From a virus (lineage: Duplodnaviria; Caudoviricetes), in IMG/VR virus record IMGVR_UViG_3300033076_000625, positions 1 through 44,383 of that record: a stretch of DNA of 44,383 nt. One strand, written 5' to 3'. This document shows, one piece after another, positions 27,468-38,039 of this stretch. Every line of letters begins with the position of its first letter. Position 1 is the stretch's first letter. The notes below the pieces were generated by a model. That model was not told where the DNA came from. It worked only from the letters and a program-made list of their open reading frames with translations, and made no database searches. A program made the translations under genes and the position numbers.

Positions 27468-27718
27468 TAACAACTAACAACACTAACTATATGATTGAAG
27501 TTTGGGAAAATAAAAAAGTTAACGAGGAGAACGTGACAATTATGAATGAGTGGGTCAAAGTTTTTGGCGACAGCTATCTAGATGACGCTTTGACTTATAT
27601 CAAAAAAAACTTGCCCGAAGGTGAATTTGATTTCGATGGTGAATTTTTCGGAAGCAAGACACAGCCACGCCACAAGTTTAGAATAATGGAAGTACAAGGC
27701 TAACAACTAACAACACTA
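27468..27718 (+). repeat. 18-bp leader repeat upstream of two early genes
   Basis: TAACAACTAACAACACTA at 27468-27485 and 27701-27718. Confidence 0.85.
27491..27703 (+). CDS. Early hypothetical protein
   Basis: ATG 27491 after the leader repeat. Confidence 0.65.
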   Translation: MIEVWENKKVNEENVTIMNEWVKVFGDSYLDDALTYIKKNLPEGEFDFDGEFFGSKTQPRHKFRIMEVQG

Positions 27719-27721
27719 TTT

Positions 27722-27946
27722 ATGGAAAGAAACGTATTGCCAGAAATTTGGGAAAAAATCAAAAACAAACAACTACTAGAATACCTTAACTATGATATTC
27801 TAGGTGCAATTATTTTAGATGAAAAAGCAAAAAAATATTGGTTAGAGTTTAATAGCAGTAGTCATCGTTATATAACAAAACAAGCTAGAAAATGTATAGA
27901 AAGCTACATGAAAAGATTTTATAAGGCTACTTATTTATTTGACTAA
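27722..27946 (+). CDS. Early hypothetical protein
   Basis: ATG after the second leader repeat. Confidence 0.65.
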   Translation: MERNVLPEIWEKIKNKQLLEYLNYDILGAIILDEKAKKYWLEFNSSSHRYITKQARKCIESYMKRFYKATYLFD

Positions 27947-27947
27947 C

Positions 27948-28094
27948 ATGCGAAAACATTTAACAACAGCCATAATTATATACATGACAATAGATGTATT
28001 GAGCTGGACAGCCTGGGCATGGTCAGGACAACTGCCAGTGGACGGGTTTTATATCGGTGCTATTACAAACTTTATTTTTAACCTTATATATTAG
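27948..28094 (+). CDS. Small membrane protein
   Basis: Manual translation MRKHLTTAIIIYMTIDVLSWTAWAWSGQLPVDGFYIGAIT... Confidence 0.5.
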   Translation: MRKHLTTAIIIYMTIDVLSWTAWAWSGQLPVDGFYIGAITNFIFNLIY

Positions 28095-28095
28095 T

Positions 28096-28440
28096 ATGAA
28101 AAAAACATTTTTAATTACAGACCCTTGCTATGTAATGGATGAGGTGCAATATGACAATATTTGTGACGAAGGATGTGACTTTGAGGGTCAAACTTTCCCG
28201 CTAGCTAGTACACACAGACAAACTAGCGAGCCTATAACATTCCACACAATTGATGGTACACCAAACGGTGACGGTGGGTACACCTACAGGGGTCAAACTA
28301 TTGGCGTTGACGCTGGTATGTTGTGTATCGTAGAGAATCAGAACGGATGGACCAAAGACAATACCAACGATTTTGGGGCTAGATTTGAGACATTAGAGCA
28401 GGCGCAACGAGCATTCCCAGATATTATAAAGCATTTCTAA
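28096..28440 (+). CDS. Early hypothetical protein
   Basis: ITDPCY..GDG.Y..GVDAG motif; start after TAG-T-ATG. Confidence 0.7.
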   Translation: MKKTFLITDPCYVMDEVQYDNICDEGCDFEGQTFPLASTHRQTSEPITFHTIDGTPNGDGGYTYRGQTIGVDAGMLCIVENQNGWTKDNTNDFGARFETLEQAQRAFPDIIKHF

Positions 28441-28457
28441 TTTTAACTACTAACTAT

Positions 28458-28958
28458 ATGAAAACAAAAACAATTGAGCTATACGAATTTGACGAGTTGA
28501 GCGAGGAAGCAAAGGAAAAGGCACGCGACTGGTACAAGGAAAATATGGATTATTACTGGTGGAATGAGGCAAAAAAGTCACTAGATACCTTCTGTAGTGA
28601 TTTAGGTATAGAGGTAACAAACTACTCTATTAGTCCGTACGAATTTAGTTTCGTTGACACTAACTGTGACAATGTATACACAGAATATGACGGCTATGTG
28701 CCACAGTTTGAGGATGAATATATGCCAACAGGGTACTATACTGATTGTGTTTTATACAATACCTACATGAATTTAATACGTAGCAGTGAGCTGCAAGACG
28801 TTGGCGAAAAGATAACAAAGGCTATTGACGAGGCACTAGGTGAGTTTGTTGATACTGTAAAGTCAGATATGGAATATTTCTACAGTGATGAGTCAGTTGA
28901 CGAACATATAACAATTAACGAGTACACGTTTACCGTTGATGGTGAGCGAATGAACTAA
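28458..28958 (+). CDS. Acidic early protein, possible anti-defence
   Basis: LYEFDELSEEAKEKARDW...SDESVDEHITINEYTFTVDG; very D/E-rich. Confidence 0.65.
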   Translation: MKTKTIELYEFDELSEEAKEKARDWYKENMDYYWWNEAKKSLDTFCSDLGIEVTNYSISPYEFSFVDTNCDNVYTEYDGYVPQFEDEYMPTGYYTDCVLYNTYMNLIRSSELQDVGEKITKAIDEALGEFVDTVKSDMEYFYSDESVDEHITINEYTFTVDGERMN

Positions 28959-28982
28959 TTAATTAACTAACTATAATTATTT

Positions 28983-29387
28983 ATGACAACAACACGCAAA
29001 CAACTACTAGCAACTATTGAACAGATGCCAGATTTTAGCGAATCATACGGCTACACAGGCAAGAAAATCCGCGATTGGTGTATCGGATTCATTGAGGACT
29101 ACATAGACTACAACGATGAGGGTAAGGAACTTGAAACAGATACTATTACTGATATGGTGTTTGAGTACGCAGAACAATGGGCAGATATCTATAACGGTGA
29201 CTTGCTTGAGTGGTTTGCAAAAGATACCAATTATGAGTACTTGGACGAGCTACACAACGAGCTAGGACATGACGTGAACGGTGATATCATGGGCGGTATA
29301 CGAGCAGCACAAGCATGGACTATCCAGCGAGCTATCACAGAGGCGCTAGAATCAATTATAGAGGTTGCTACTGAAGAAGTCGAGTAG
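28983..29387 (+). CDS. Ocr-like DNA mimic (anti-restriction)
   Basis: Acidic 134 aa; DTITDMVFEYAEQWADIYNGDLLEWFA resembles the T7 Ocr core as I recall it. Confidence 0.6.
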   Translation: MTTTRKQLLATIEQMPDFSESYGYTGKKIRDWCIGFIEDYIDYNDEGKELETDTITDMVFEYAEQWADIYNGDLLEWFAKDTNYEYLDELHNELGHDVNGDIMGGIRAAQAWTIQRAITEALESIIEVATEEVE

Positions 29388-29514
29388 TATGAACATACTA
29401 GGTTTGCTATTTGCGGGGATTGTACTATATCGCATATGGCACAAGTCAACATATAGATTTTAAATTATACAACAAAGGCAGGCTATAGGCTTGCTTTTTT
29501 GTTTGTAACAACAC

Positions 29515-29543
29515 TTGACAAGTGGGATATAGTGGGTTATAAT
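29515..29543 (+). promoter_or_regulatory. Consensus sigma70 promoter
   Basis: TTGACA-17nt-TATAAT. Confidence 0.8.
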
Positions 29544-29561
29544 GGGTGGAGTATAAAATAT

Positions 29562-29942
29562 ATGCGGAGAAAATACAGTATAAAACAGAAGAGGGCGGCT
29601 ATTTTGTCGTTGGAGGAGGTAGGTAAGGGGGTTATCATGAAAAAAGCAGGCTACGGAACGAGTGCTATCCGTACGCCTAAAAGAATCATGCAATCAACAG
29701 GCTACAAGCTAGCAATGAGTGAGGTACACGCACAATTAGGCAATATAAATAACGCTATTGTCAACCATATAGATGCAATGGTTAAAAATAAAGAGCACGA
29801 GAAGCTAGGTTTAAAAGATAGCGTACAAGTAGCCAACCAGTTGCTAGCTATGACTGAGCGAGTAGGTAAGATGCTACAGGTAGATAAAAGGAAAGACACA
29901 CCAGTATTTACTATTGACGTAGAGGCTGAAGATGTGGCGTAA
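29562..29942 (+). CDS. terS: Putative terminase small subunit
   Basis: MKKAGYG.SAIRTP HTH pattern; upstream of TerL; start 29562 lies downstream of the promoter. Confidence 0.6.
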   Translation: MRRKYSIKQKRAAILSLEEVGKGVIMKKAGYGTSAIRTPKRIMQSTGYKLAMSEVHAQLGNINNAIVNHIDAMVKNKEHEKLGLKDSVQVANQLLAMTERVGKMLQVDKRKDTPVFTIDVEAEDVA

Positions 29943-29990
29943 TATTATAGTGTCGCAAAATAAGTATTGTACGACCTAACAAGATATAAG

Positions 29991-30022
29991 AAAACCCCAG
30001 GCATGTTATTGCTAGGGGTTTT
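29991..30022. terminator. Intrinsic terminator
   Basis: AAAACCCC...GGGGTTTT hairpin. Confidence 0.7.
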
Positions 30023-30613
30023 GCTTTACGGCTTTTATAGTTACATAATAACACAAGGTGCTACATAGTGCAAGCTATAGCAATACTATAACGTATTATA
30101 TACTACTTGTCAAACACTGGGGGGTGTGGGTAGTAGGGGGCTTGGTGCTAGCGTGTTGCTAGTGGTTAGCATTATCGGAAGTGGTACCCCCATTCCCGAC
30201 CCCCTGGGGGTTGTATTGTGTAGAATAGGGTACCCTACCCTCCCCAAAACAACTAATTTCCTAAACAACTAACTTTCACAGACCCTCTTGACTTTTTAAA
30301 ACTTTTATGGTATACTAACCCAGATACACAATTTATCACAATAGGTGCAATAAGCGCATCACCACAAAAACTTGGGCTTACAAATAATGGTATATACTCA
30401 GAAGTGCTAGCTCTGTCCAACGGCTGACAACTGGCGACTCCCATGTGTATATCATTATAACTTAACTCTTAAAGATGTTTATTAGTTAGCTTTGTCTAAC
30501 AGGAGGATTGCATGTAATAGTGAGTATTGGATAATATATAAGATGTTTATTCCTGAAACCTGCTAATTAGGTATTATGGGAGGATTAAAAGCCGTCCTAG
30601 TATCTATATAATT

Positions 30614-32434
30614 ATGATTAAAGAAGATATAAAGAACTACGAGGATGTCATAACATACATACAACAGGACTTAGACCTAGGAGGATATGAACCTGTACCA
30701 GAAGGGTTGGATAAGAGAGGTTACAACGAATGGATTAACTCAGTACTTAAGGAACACCCAGAGTATTTAAGAGATTGGAGGTGGAGAATAACTCACTTAT
30801 ATCATATTACTACTAAGGACTCAGGGAAGAAGGTTATCTTTGTCCCGAATAAGGTTCAGAGGATGTTCTTGAAGTTGAATGAGCTGTTCAATAAACTTAT
30901 TGTTTTGAAGTCAAGACAGCTGGGTATGACAACGCTTGTTTGTATTAAGCTGTTGGATATTGCTTTGTTTGAATCTAACAAGGATATTGCCATGATTGCT
31001 CACACTAAGATAGCCGCTCAGGAAATCTTCAGTAAGAAGGCACAGTATGCTATAAACAACCTTCCTGATAGTGTCCGAGCAGGTATTAACATTACTAAGA
31101 ATGCTTGGGGTGAAATCCAGGTACAGAAGAAGAACGGAGACATGAACATGTTTACCGTTAAGAATACCTCTCGTGGTACGACTCCTACAAACACTCATAT
31201 TTCAGAGCTTGGTAAGCTTTCTAAAGAATCACCTATTGTTGCGGAAGAAATCGTAACAGGGTCTTTGTCTGCAGTTGCTACTAATAACGAGGTTATCATC
31301 GAGTCTACGGCCGAAGGTGCAGTAGGTCACTTTTATGATTTATTTATGACCTCATGGAACCAGAGAGATAAGATAATCCCTGGCTCATTTACTGCCTCTC
31401 AGTTGTGTTTTCCTGTGTTCTTCCCTTGGATGCTTGATACAGATAACATAGACACTATTAAGGAAACCGAACTCATGACCTACAAGGATATGGAGGTTGA
31501 TGATATTGATTGGAGAATATTCCAAGAAGAAAACCAATTATCTGACAAAGAGCTCACATGGTATTATACTAAGTGGAATGGTTTGATGAAAAATACTAAC
31601 AGATTGTTTCAGGAGTATCCAACAAATCCTATGGATGCCTTTATCGCATCTGGACAATGCTATTTCTCACAAAGAAGAATAGCAGACTTGTTACTTGGTG
31701 CAGAAAAAACTGTTGTCCCTAGAACATACATAATTGAAGGAGAGGAACTCGTAAACGAATGGAACGGCCCGCTTAAGATATACTTTAAACCAGAGAAAAA
31801 ATACACGTATGTAGTTGGTGGCGACGTAGGTCAGGGTCTGGATAACGGAGACTTTTCTACTATGGCCGTAGTTTGTGAGCAAACAGGTACTTTATGTGCT
31901 GTTTACCGTGCGCGAATAGAACCAGATTCGTTCGCTGATGAACTTGTGGTTGTTGCTAAATACTTTAACAATGCAAAGATTGTCTGCGAATCAAATAAAG
32001 ATGGACTTTGGGTTAATACAAAGATTTTCAATACTATAGGGTACTCAAATATTTATATACAGCAAGCTTATGATACAGTAAACAAGAAATATTCTAAGAA
32101 GCTTGGATGGGAAACAACTAAGAAAACACGTGACTTATCTCTAAACGCACTTCGTAAACAGTTTGCTTCAACTAAAGAGTGGTACAACAAAGAGCTTCTT
32201 GAGGAAATGCAGACGTTTGTTATGAATAAACGCGGAAGATTTGAGGCAGCAACGAAATGCCATGACGACCTTGTCATGTGTACAGCTATTGCTTATGGTT
32301 ATTTGAACTTTTCTGCAAACAAAGAAGTTAAAAAGGAAGAAAATTCTGAGAAAATGACACTAATGCACGTCGCTTTTGGTGAAATTACTATGGAACAGTA
32401 CCTAAATTACATGAAAAAGCAAAAAAATTCTTAA
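30614..32434 (+). CDS. terL: Terminase large subunit
   Basis: LKSRQLGMTT, HISELG, ESTAEG, GGDVGQG..DFS, HDDLVM. Confidence 0.95.
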   Translation: MIKEDIKNYEDVITYIQQDLDLGGYEPVPEGLDKRGYNEWINSVLKEHPEYLRDWRWRITHLYHITTKDSGKKVIFVPNKVQRMFLKLNELFNKLIVLKSRQLGMTTLVCIKLLDIALFESNKDIAMIAHTKIAAQEIFSKKAQYAINNLPDSVRAGINITKNAWGEIQVQKKNGDMNMFTVKNTSRGTTPTNTHISELGKLSKESPIVAEEIVTGSLSAVATNNEVIIESTAEGAVGHFYDLFMTSWNQRDKIIPGSFTASQLCFPVFFPWMLDTDNIDTIKETELMTYKDMEVDDIDWRIFQEENQLSDKELTWYYTKWNGLMKNTNRLFQEYPTNPMDAFIASGQCYFSQRRIADLLLGAEKTVVPRTYIIEGEELVNEWNGPLKIYFKPEKKYTYVVGGDVGQGLDNGDFSTMAVVCEQTGTLCAVYRARIEPDSFADELVVVAKYFNNAKIVCESNKDGLWVNTKIFNTIGYSNIYIQQAYDTVNKKYSKKLGWETTKKTRDLSLNALRKQFASTKEWYNKELLEEMQTFVMNKRGRFEAATKCHDDLVMCTAIAYGYLNFSANKEVKKEENSEKMTLMHVAFGEITMEQYLNYMKKQKNS

Positions 32435-32536
32435 AAAATCATAAAAATTCTTGACATTTGACAAAATTGTGTTATAATTTATAAAAAATAGTTGCCTTGT
32501 GACGTTTTTAAATAATTATTAGATAATATATATATT

Positions 32537-34768
32537 ATGGCAGATAAAAAGCCCGAAAAAAATGATGACGACTTTGAGTTTCTTATAGACGAAATTGTAG
32601 AACCTACAGACAAGGAAACAGTAAAGGAGTCAGAAAAGGAAATTAAAGATGGTGTTCCACTAGTTGAAAACAAAGAACGATGGGATGCTCTTACTAGAAA
32701 AAAGAAAGAGATGAAGGATACTCCTTATCGCAGAAAGTACGATAAGATTCTCGACCAAATTGACAAAGAGCTCATTGACACCGAAAACTATAACTCAGCT
32801 ACAGGCACAGTTGGCCCAAACATTGTATACTTCCAACAACAAGACGGAAATTACAACTACACGCCAATGATTGGAGGAAACCAGTCAACTATCACTAGTA
32901 CAATGCCTATTGTAAAAAAGCCATACGTATTTGGAAAGGTCAAAATTGCTACGTCTCTTTTGGGTTCTAAACTACCTAACGCAGACTTCTCTTCAGATGA
33001 TATGGTATTCGCTAAGACATACTACGAACTCTGGAAAAGAACATGGGAACTAGAATCTGGAAACGGTATGCCTTCATGGCAAGCTTTTGTACAAAATACA
33101 GCTACTACTGGATTTGGTGCATACAAGACATTCTACAAGAGAGTTGAAACACCTGTTAAGTCAAACGATTTTAGTGTACTACGCATTAGACACGACGATA
33201 TTTATCGTTTATCTATAGACCCACGTAGAATTTGGGTAGGTGTAGCTCACAAGAACGCTGACTACTTCTCTAAATTCGAATACTTGTACGAAATAGACAC
33301 AAGTATCGAAGACATTGTTACCAGACTCCGTGCACTTGGTGTTGAGAAAATCAACAGAAAGAAACTAAACCTTGTTCTTGAGGACGAAGGTAAGAAATAT
33401 ACAGAAAAAGAAGCTACCCACGCTACACTCACGTTCTACGAAAACGAAATGACAAACACTCTTTCAATAATGTGTGGTTGCTATGAGTTGTACAACGGAG
33501 AACTAGAGTCTCCAGATGGATATGCTTCTATTTCTACAGCTAACTTCTTTACAAAAGATGAAACTGACCCTTATGGTGTTGGACTATGGGAACTAGGTAG
33601 AGGAAGTTCTTCTATCATGAACCACATCAACTCACTTGTTCCTGAACAAATTGAATCTGAGATTGCTCCTATTATTTTTGAAATAGGAGGTTCAACAACA
33701 AATGGTACTCGTACCTATTCAAGAGGTTCTGGTATCGTGAACACAGTTAACGCTGGTTCTGAGTTACAAATAGAAAGAACAACAGGCAATCCTTCAGGTG
33801 CAATTGGTTTCGTTCAAAACGAAAAAGCTTCACTTGATGAAATAACAAGTCTACCTGAAGTACTTTCTGGGCTAGGAAGTGAAACAACACTTGGTGCAAC
33901 TGTTATTGTTAAAGAAGCAGCTCTCCAAGGATTGTCAATCCCAAGAAATTCAATAATTGGTGCGTTCAAGCGTGATGCTTACGTTGCGTGTTCTTACTTT
34001 AAAGAACACTACTCAGCGAAAAGAGTATTCTCTTTCCCAACAAATGATGCTGTGCAGACTTTTATAGAGTCAAACCCTTCATACTTCTCAGAAGAAGTAC
34101 CAGAGCTATCGTCAGAAGGTAATGTTGTAGTTCAATCTTCTCCAAAGATTAAGTTACCATTCTACCTAAACATTGATTCAGGTAGTGAGGAAGGTTATGT
34201 ATTTGAAGACACAGAAACTGTGTACAACAGAGACGAGTTAATGATACGCCTACAGTCAACAAACGAAGACAATCAGTTGTCACGTGTGCTTATGATTACA
34301 GTAGACCCTACATCTCTTCTTGAACCTTCAGAAGAACTTACTCGACAAAAGATTGCAGCTCTTGCTCCTCAAATTGATGCTATGACTGAGAAAGCACTTA
34401 TGATTGCACAACAAGACCCTACACTAGGTAAGGTTAAGTTAATGCAATTAATGGCATTCTTAAAATCAATGAAGATTGACCCATTTGAATGGCTACCTAA
34501 GGAAGTTATCCAACAGGTGATGCAAGGACAAATGGTAAATCCTCAGATGCAACAACTAGCAATGGCAAACCAAATGTCAAGTGCGGCAGAGCAAATGCAA
34601 AAAGTAGGTATGCCTCAAGGACAGTCAGTCCAACCAGGACAGCCAGTGCAACTAGCGCAACAAGAAACCCAGATGAATAACTTGCCACAAGAAATAAATC
34701 CAGTGCAAGATAACATGGGTGACTCGTATAACGCTTCTATGGGTAAGATGAACACATCATTAAGCTAA
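32537..34768 (+). CDS. Portal protein
   Basis: 743 aa directly after TerL; PYGVGL, ETTLG and a Q/M-rich C-terminus typical of P22-like portals. Confidence 0.8.
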   Translation: MADKKPEKNDDDFEFLIDEIVEPTDKETVKESEKEIKDGVPLVENKERWDALTRKKKEMKDTPYRRKYDKILDQIDKELIDTENYNSATGTVGPNIVYFQQQDGNYNYTPMIGGNQSTITSTMPIVKKPYVFGKVKIATSLLGSKLPNADFSSDDMVFAKTYYELWKRTWELESGNGMPSWQAFVQNTATTGFGAYKTFYKRVETPVKSNDFSVLRIRHDDIYRLSIDPRRIWVGVAHKNADYFSKFEYLYEIDTSIEDIVTRLRALGVEKINRKKLNLVLEDEGKKYTEKEATHATLTFYENEMTNTLSIMCGCYELYNGELESPDGYASISTANFFTKDETDPYGVGLWELGRGSSSIMNHINSLVPEQIESEIAPIIFEIGGSTTNGTRTYSRGSGIVNTVNAGSELQIERTTGNPSGAIGFVQNEKASLDEITSLPEVLSGLGSETTLGATVIVKEAALQGLSIPRNSIIGAFKRDAYVACSYFKEHYSAKRVFSFPTNDAVQTFIESNPSYFSEEVPELSSEGNVVVQSSPKIKLPFYLNIDSGSEEGYVFEDTETVYNRDELMIRLQSTNEDNQLSRVLMITVDPTSLLEPSEELTRQKIAALAPQIDAMTEKALMIAQQDPTLGKVKLMQLMAFLKSMKIDPFEWLPKEVIQQVMQGQMVNPQMQQLAMANQMSSAAEQMQKVGMPQGQSVQPGQPVQLAQQETQMNNLPQEINPVQDNMGDSYNASMGKMNTSLS

Positions 34769-34780
34769 AAATAAACCATT

Positions 34781-35011
34781 ATGAATAACCAACAGGGGCA
34801 GCTAGTAGTACCACTAGAAATAGTAGCTAAAGACCCAAGAGTTGCTCATAGCATATTACATTGGCTCACCTCAAAGCAAAAAGTTATTGAGGAAGCCAGT
34901 TGTATAGGCAAAAGTGAGTTTGATACGATTGTTAAAGTAGTCAAAAAGGAATCGCTTGAACAAATCATGCGCGAACTAATTGACGAGGTTAAAAAATATC
35001 ATCAATTCTAG
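34781..35011 (+). CDS. Hypothetical protein
   Basis: Small ORF after the portal. Confidence 0.65.
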   Translation: MNNQQGQLVVPLEIVAKDPRVAHSILHWLTSKQKVIEEASCIGKSEFDTIVKVVKKESLEQIMRELIDEVKKYHQF

Positions 35012-35040
35012 TATTGTAAAAACCGTAATTAATCAAAGAT

Positions 35041-35592
35041 ATGAAAGAAAAATCAAAAGAAACCCTCGTAGCTAAACGAAGAGACGTAAATGTTGAAATC
35101 CATTACTCTGACAAAGCTAAGAGAGAAAAGACAGTCAGATTCACAGCGCTAAGAAAGAATAAACAATTTGAACTTAGTGTTGATGAATTAATAGCTATCG
35201 TTACAAACCTAAGAAAAGAAGTACTTAGTATCCTCACAATGGATAACAGTGAATTGCTTTTCGTAGACACAGCAAGAACTATTACAGGTACTTGCGATAG
35301 AGATTTCAAGAAAGGAGAACAAATATCATTTAACTATGTTGTTAAAACTCCACTTGAAATAGCTATAGCAGAGGAAATGTATAATCTCGCTAAGGCAGAC
35401 GGTGAAGTTGAGAGAATTGGTGTTGAGAAGCTTAAAGAAGCTCGAGCCAATATCACAGAAGCAGCAAAAGAGTACGTACAACGTATGTATGCTGACTTCT
35501 TACTCAAACAAAACACTGCTTCTGAACAAGAAGTAACAGAAACTATTGGTGAGGAATCACCATATTCAAACTTACAAGAACCCCTAAACTAA
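35041..35592 (+). CDS. Hypothetical protein
   Basis: 183 aa ORF. Confidence 0.7.
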   Translation: MKEKSKETLVAKRRDVNVEIHYSDKAKREKTVRFTALRKNKQFELSVDELIAIVTNLRKEVLSILTMDNSELLFVDTARTITGTCDRDFKKGEQISFNYVVKTPLEIAIAEEMYNLAKADGEVERIGVEKLKEARANITEAAKEYVQRMYADFLLKQNTASEQEVTETIGEESPYSNLQEPLN

Positions 35593-35600
35593 TTATTTAT

Positions 35601-36200
35601 ATGGCTAAAAAAGAAACATTGGAAGTTAACGAAATTGAACAAGTTGAACAAGTTGAAGAAGTTATTACAGAAGTTGTAGTAGACGACTCTATGTTTGAAT
35701 CAGTTGATACTGAAACATCAGAAAAAATAGACCAAGCAGCAAAGAGTCTATTTGACGAACAAAAATACAAGGCGTATGTAAGTTCTCCAAATAACTTTAA
35801 GGAAGATGACTACGTTGGTGGTTACTTCCCTAAGTCAGCTGAACAAGTAGGGAAAAATGGTATATCTACAATCCACAGAGTAATTCAAGAGCTTGGGAAA
35901 GAACTTAAATATGGAGTTCGTCAAGATTACGATGATATTCTTAACCACTTCCACGCAGTATTTCCTCAACATCTAGGATTTAAATTGTTTGTTAATCACG
36001 AAAACTTTAAACCACAAGGTATTCCTCTTACAGTTCTTATTCCAGCAAGACTATCAGGTCTATCAAGAGATGAGTTGGAAGTATTCTGTGGCCACAAAGT
36101 AACTATATTGGTACCACAGCTTCGTATTGAACAAATCGACACATTGTTGAAGAGCAAGTACGAAGGTATTAAAAAGCACGTTAAGAACTTCAACCACTAA
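35601..36200 (+). CDS. Hypothetical protein
   Basis: 199 aa, acidic N-terminus. Confidence 0.7.
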   Translation: MAKKETLEVNEIEQVEQVEEVITEVVVDDSMFESVDTETSEKIDQAAKSLFDEQKYKAYVSSPNNFKEDDYVGGYFPKSAEQVGKNGISTIHRVIQELGKELKYGVRQDYDDILNHFHAVFPQHLGFKLFVNHENFKPQGIPLTVLIPARLSGLSRDELEVFCGHKVTILVPQLRIEQIDTLLKSKYEGIKKHVKNFNH

Positions 36201-36202
36201 TT

Positions 36203-36550
36203 ATGATGTTAAATATTCTTGAACGAGAGACACTTAGCGGATTGCTAAATAATCCAAAATGTCTACTATCTGAAAAACTTGCAATTGAAGGTATGGACCT
36301 TGTAAAACAAGTTATTCTTACTGACGAAGAAAGAAAAGAATCAGATTTTAAAGAAACAATGGTTAATGGTAGAAAGTTTCTACAATTTAACCAAGAAAAA
36401 GCTCAAAGTATTTTTAAAGAAATAGATATTTCTACAGAGCTACGAGAAGCTTTGATTGGAGTAATTGACTCGATTTACGATGGTAAATACCCAATAATTG
36501 AAGCAAACGGAATAATCCCATTGCTTTCTCACCTAAGAATTAACAGCTAA
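36203..36550 (+). CDS. Hypothetical protein
   Basis: 115 aa ORF. Confidence 0.65.
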   Translation: MMLNILERETLSGLLNNPKCLLSEKLAIEGMDLVKQVILTDEERKESDFKETMVNGRKFLQFNQEKAQSIFKEIDISTELREALIGVIDSIYDGKYPIIEANGIIPLLSHLRINS

Positions 36551-36644
36551 TTAATTAAACTTACTTAGAGGACTTGACAAAATGCCAAAAGTATAGTATA
36601 ATAGAGGCACATACGTCAGTCTGCTACTGTAAAAAGCGTACTGT

Positions 36645-37535
36645 ATGGACGAACAACAAATCTTAGACAGCATGAGTGAAGCATTAATTAATGCCGTAGC
36701 TGATACTGAAGACAATAGTAACGAACAACTTAATAACTCTACCGAGGGAGAAAACCAAGAAGTAGTACCAGTTGAAGAATCAACTGAAGAAAATACACAA
36801 ACAACTGAAACAACTGAAAATAAAGACGAACAAGCTGGCGAACCTACTGAGACTAACGAGGTGAACGCTAAGCCTATTGTTCGCGCGAAAGGAGAATCTG
36901 ATGCTTCGTTTAATATACGAAAAAGACTAACTGAAATCAAAGAAGCTAAGCGCAACTCTTCTGGTGAAGAACGAGAAAAGTACGCTGCTCTAGCTAAGGA
37001 TACAGAAAAAGAACTTGCACAGCAAAGGAGACTCGACAAACAACAATATCAACCTACATCTCAGACTCAACAAAACCTATCCCCCGAAGACGCAGAAAAA
37101 GAAAAATTGGCGCAACTCATGAGGGAATTAGGGTTTGTTAGAGAAGATGACCTAGAAAATCTTAGGGCTCAACAGTATCAAGAGGAAAGAAACTCTCGTA
37201 TCGTTGGTGGTTTTATTCAATCTAAACCAATATTATCTGAAGACAAAGAGTTAGCGGAAGCTTTTCTTGAAGCCGCAGATAGTTTCGGAGTAGATTGGCA
37301 ATCACTTACCGACAACCAAATGACAAAAATGCTAGAATTTGTATATCAGAACTCTGATATCGAAATGCCAGTTGTCAAACAAGTAGAGAATCCAGTCAAG
37401 ACTGCTGAAAAAGCACTACAGATTCAAGAAAAAATCAAACAAACACAGTACTCTGGTGTTGCTACGAAACCTGTTAACACAGCTCCTAAGCAAGACAAAG
37501 CTACTGAAGATGCTTGGAAAGCTCTAGGTTATTAA
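36645..37535 (+). CDS. Putative capsid scaffolding protein
   Basis: Acidic disordered N-terminus and coiled coil; precedes capsid genes; TTGACA promoter upstream. Confidence 0.7.
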   Translation: MDEQQILDSMSEALINAVADTEDNSNEQLNNSTEGENQEVVPVEESTEENTQTTETTENKDEQAGEPTETNEVNAKPIVRAKGESDASFNIRKRLTEIKEAKRNSSGEEREKYAALAKDTEKELAQQRRLDKQQYQPTSQTQQNLSPEDAEKEKLAQLMRELGFVREDDLENLRAQQYQEERNSRIVGGFIQSKPILSEDKELAEAFLEAADSFGVDWQSLTDNQMTKMLEFVYQNSDIEMPVVKQVENPVKTAEKALQIQEKIKQTQYSGVATKPVNTAPKQDKATEDAWKALGY

Positions 37536-37606
37536 ACTCTAAGAGTTAAGTCTCATAGGTTGAACCTTAAATAATTTATAAATTACTTAATTTAATATTT
37601 CGACCT

Positions 37607-38017
37607 ATGGCTATTCAACTTTTAGGAAACCCACAGTCACGAAATGTGCAACCAGAAGCAAAAGATATTGCTACAGTTATTACTGCAAACACTATCGCTG
37701 CTTATGATGCTACATCGGGACTAATCAAGCCAGCTACTTCTGCATCTGTAAAGAACGAAGTAGTAGGAGTATTTACAGAATCAATTGCAGCAAGTGTTTC
37801 TACACAAGCTAACGTTGAACTTAAAATGCTTGGCGCAGAATACGTTGTTACCGCAACTAACAACAGTGACGTTGCACACAACGGAAACAAGATGCTTCTT
37901 ACTAACGCATCAGCAGTTAACAACACATCTACAGACCAAGCGGCTGGAGTAGTTGTACAAACTGGTGTATTCGGAGCACCTTCTGACAAACTTATTAAAG
38001 TGCAATTTGTTGCTTAA
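37607..38017 (+). CDS. Putative capsid decoration/cement protein
   Basis: 136 aa, A/T/V-rich, immediately before the major capsid gene. Confidence 0.6.
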   Translation: MAIQLLGNPQSRNVQPEAKDIATVITANTIAAYDATSGLIKPATSASVKNEVVGVFTESIAASVSTQANVELKMLGAEYVVTATNNSDVAHNGNKMLLTNASAVNNTSTDQAAGVVVQTGVFGAPSDKLIKVQFVA

Positions 38018-38039
38018 TATAACTAATATAACTTAATAT

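Noticed and set aside
27468-27718. CRISPR mini-array from the 18-bp repeats
   Set aside because: Only two copies, separated by a whole gene; they behave as gene leaders
36551-37039. 162-aa antisense ORF and similar shadow ORFs opposite large genes
   Set aside because: They overlap well-supported genes on the other strand and show no recognisable motifs
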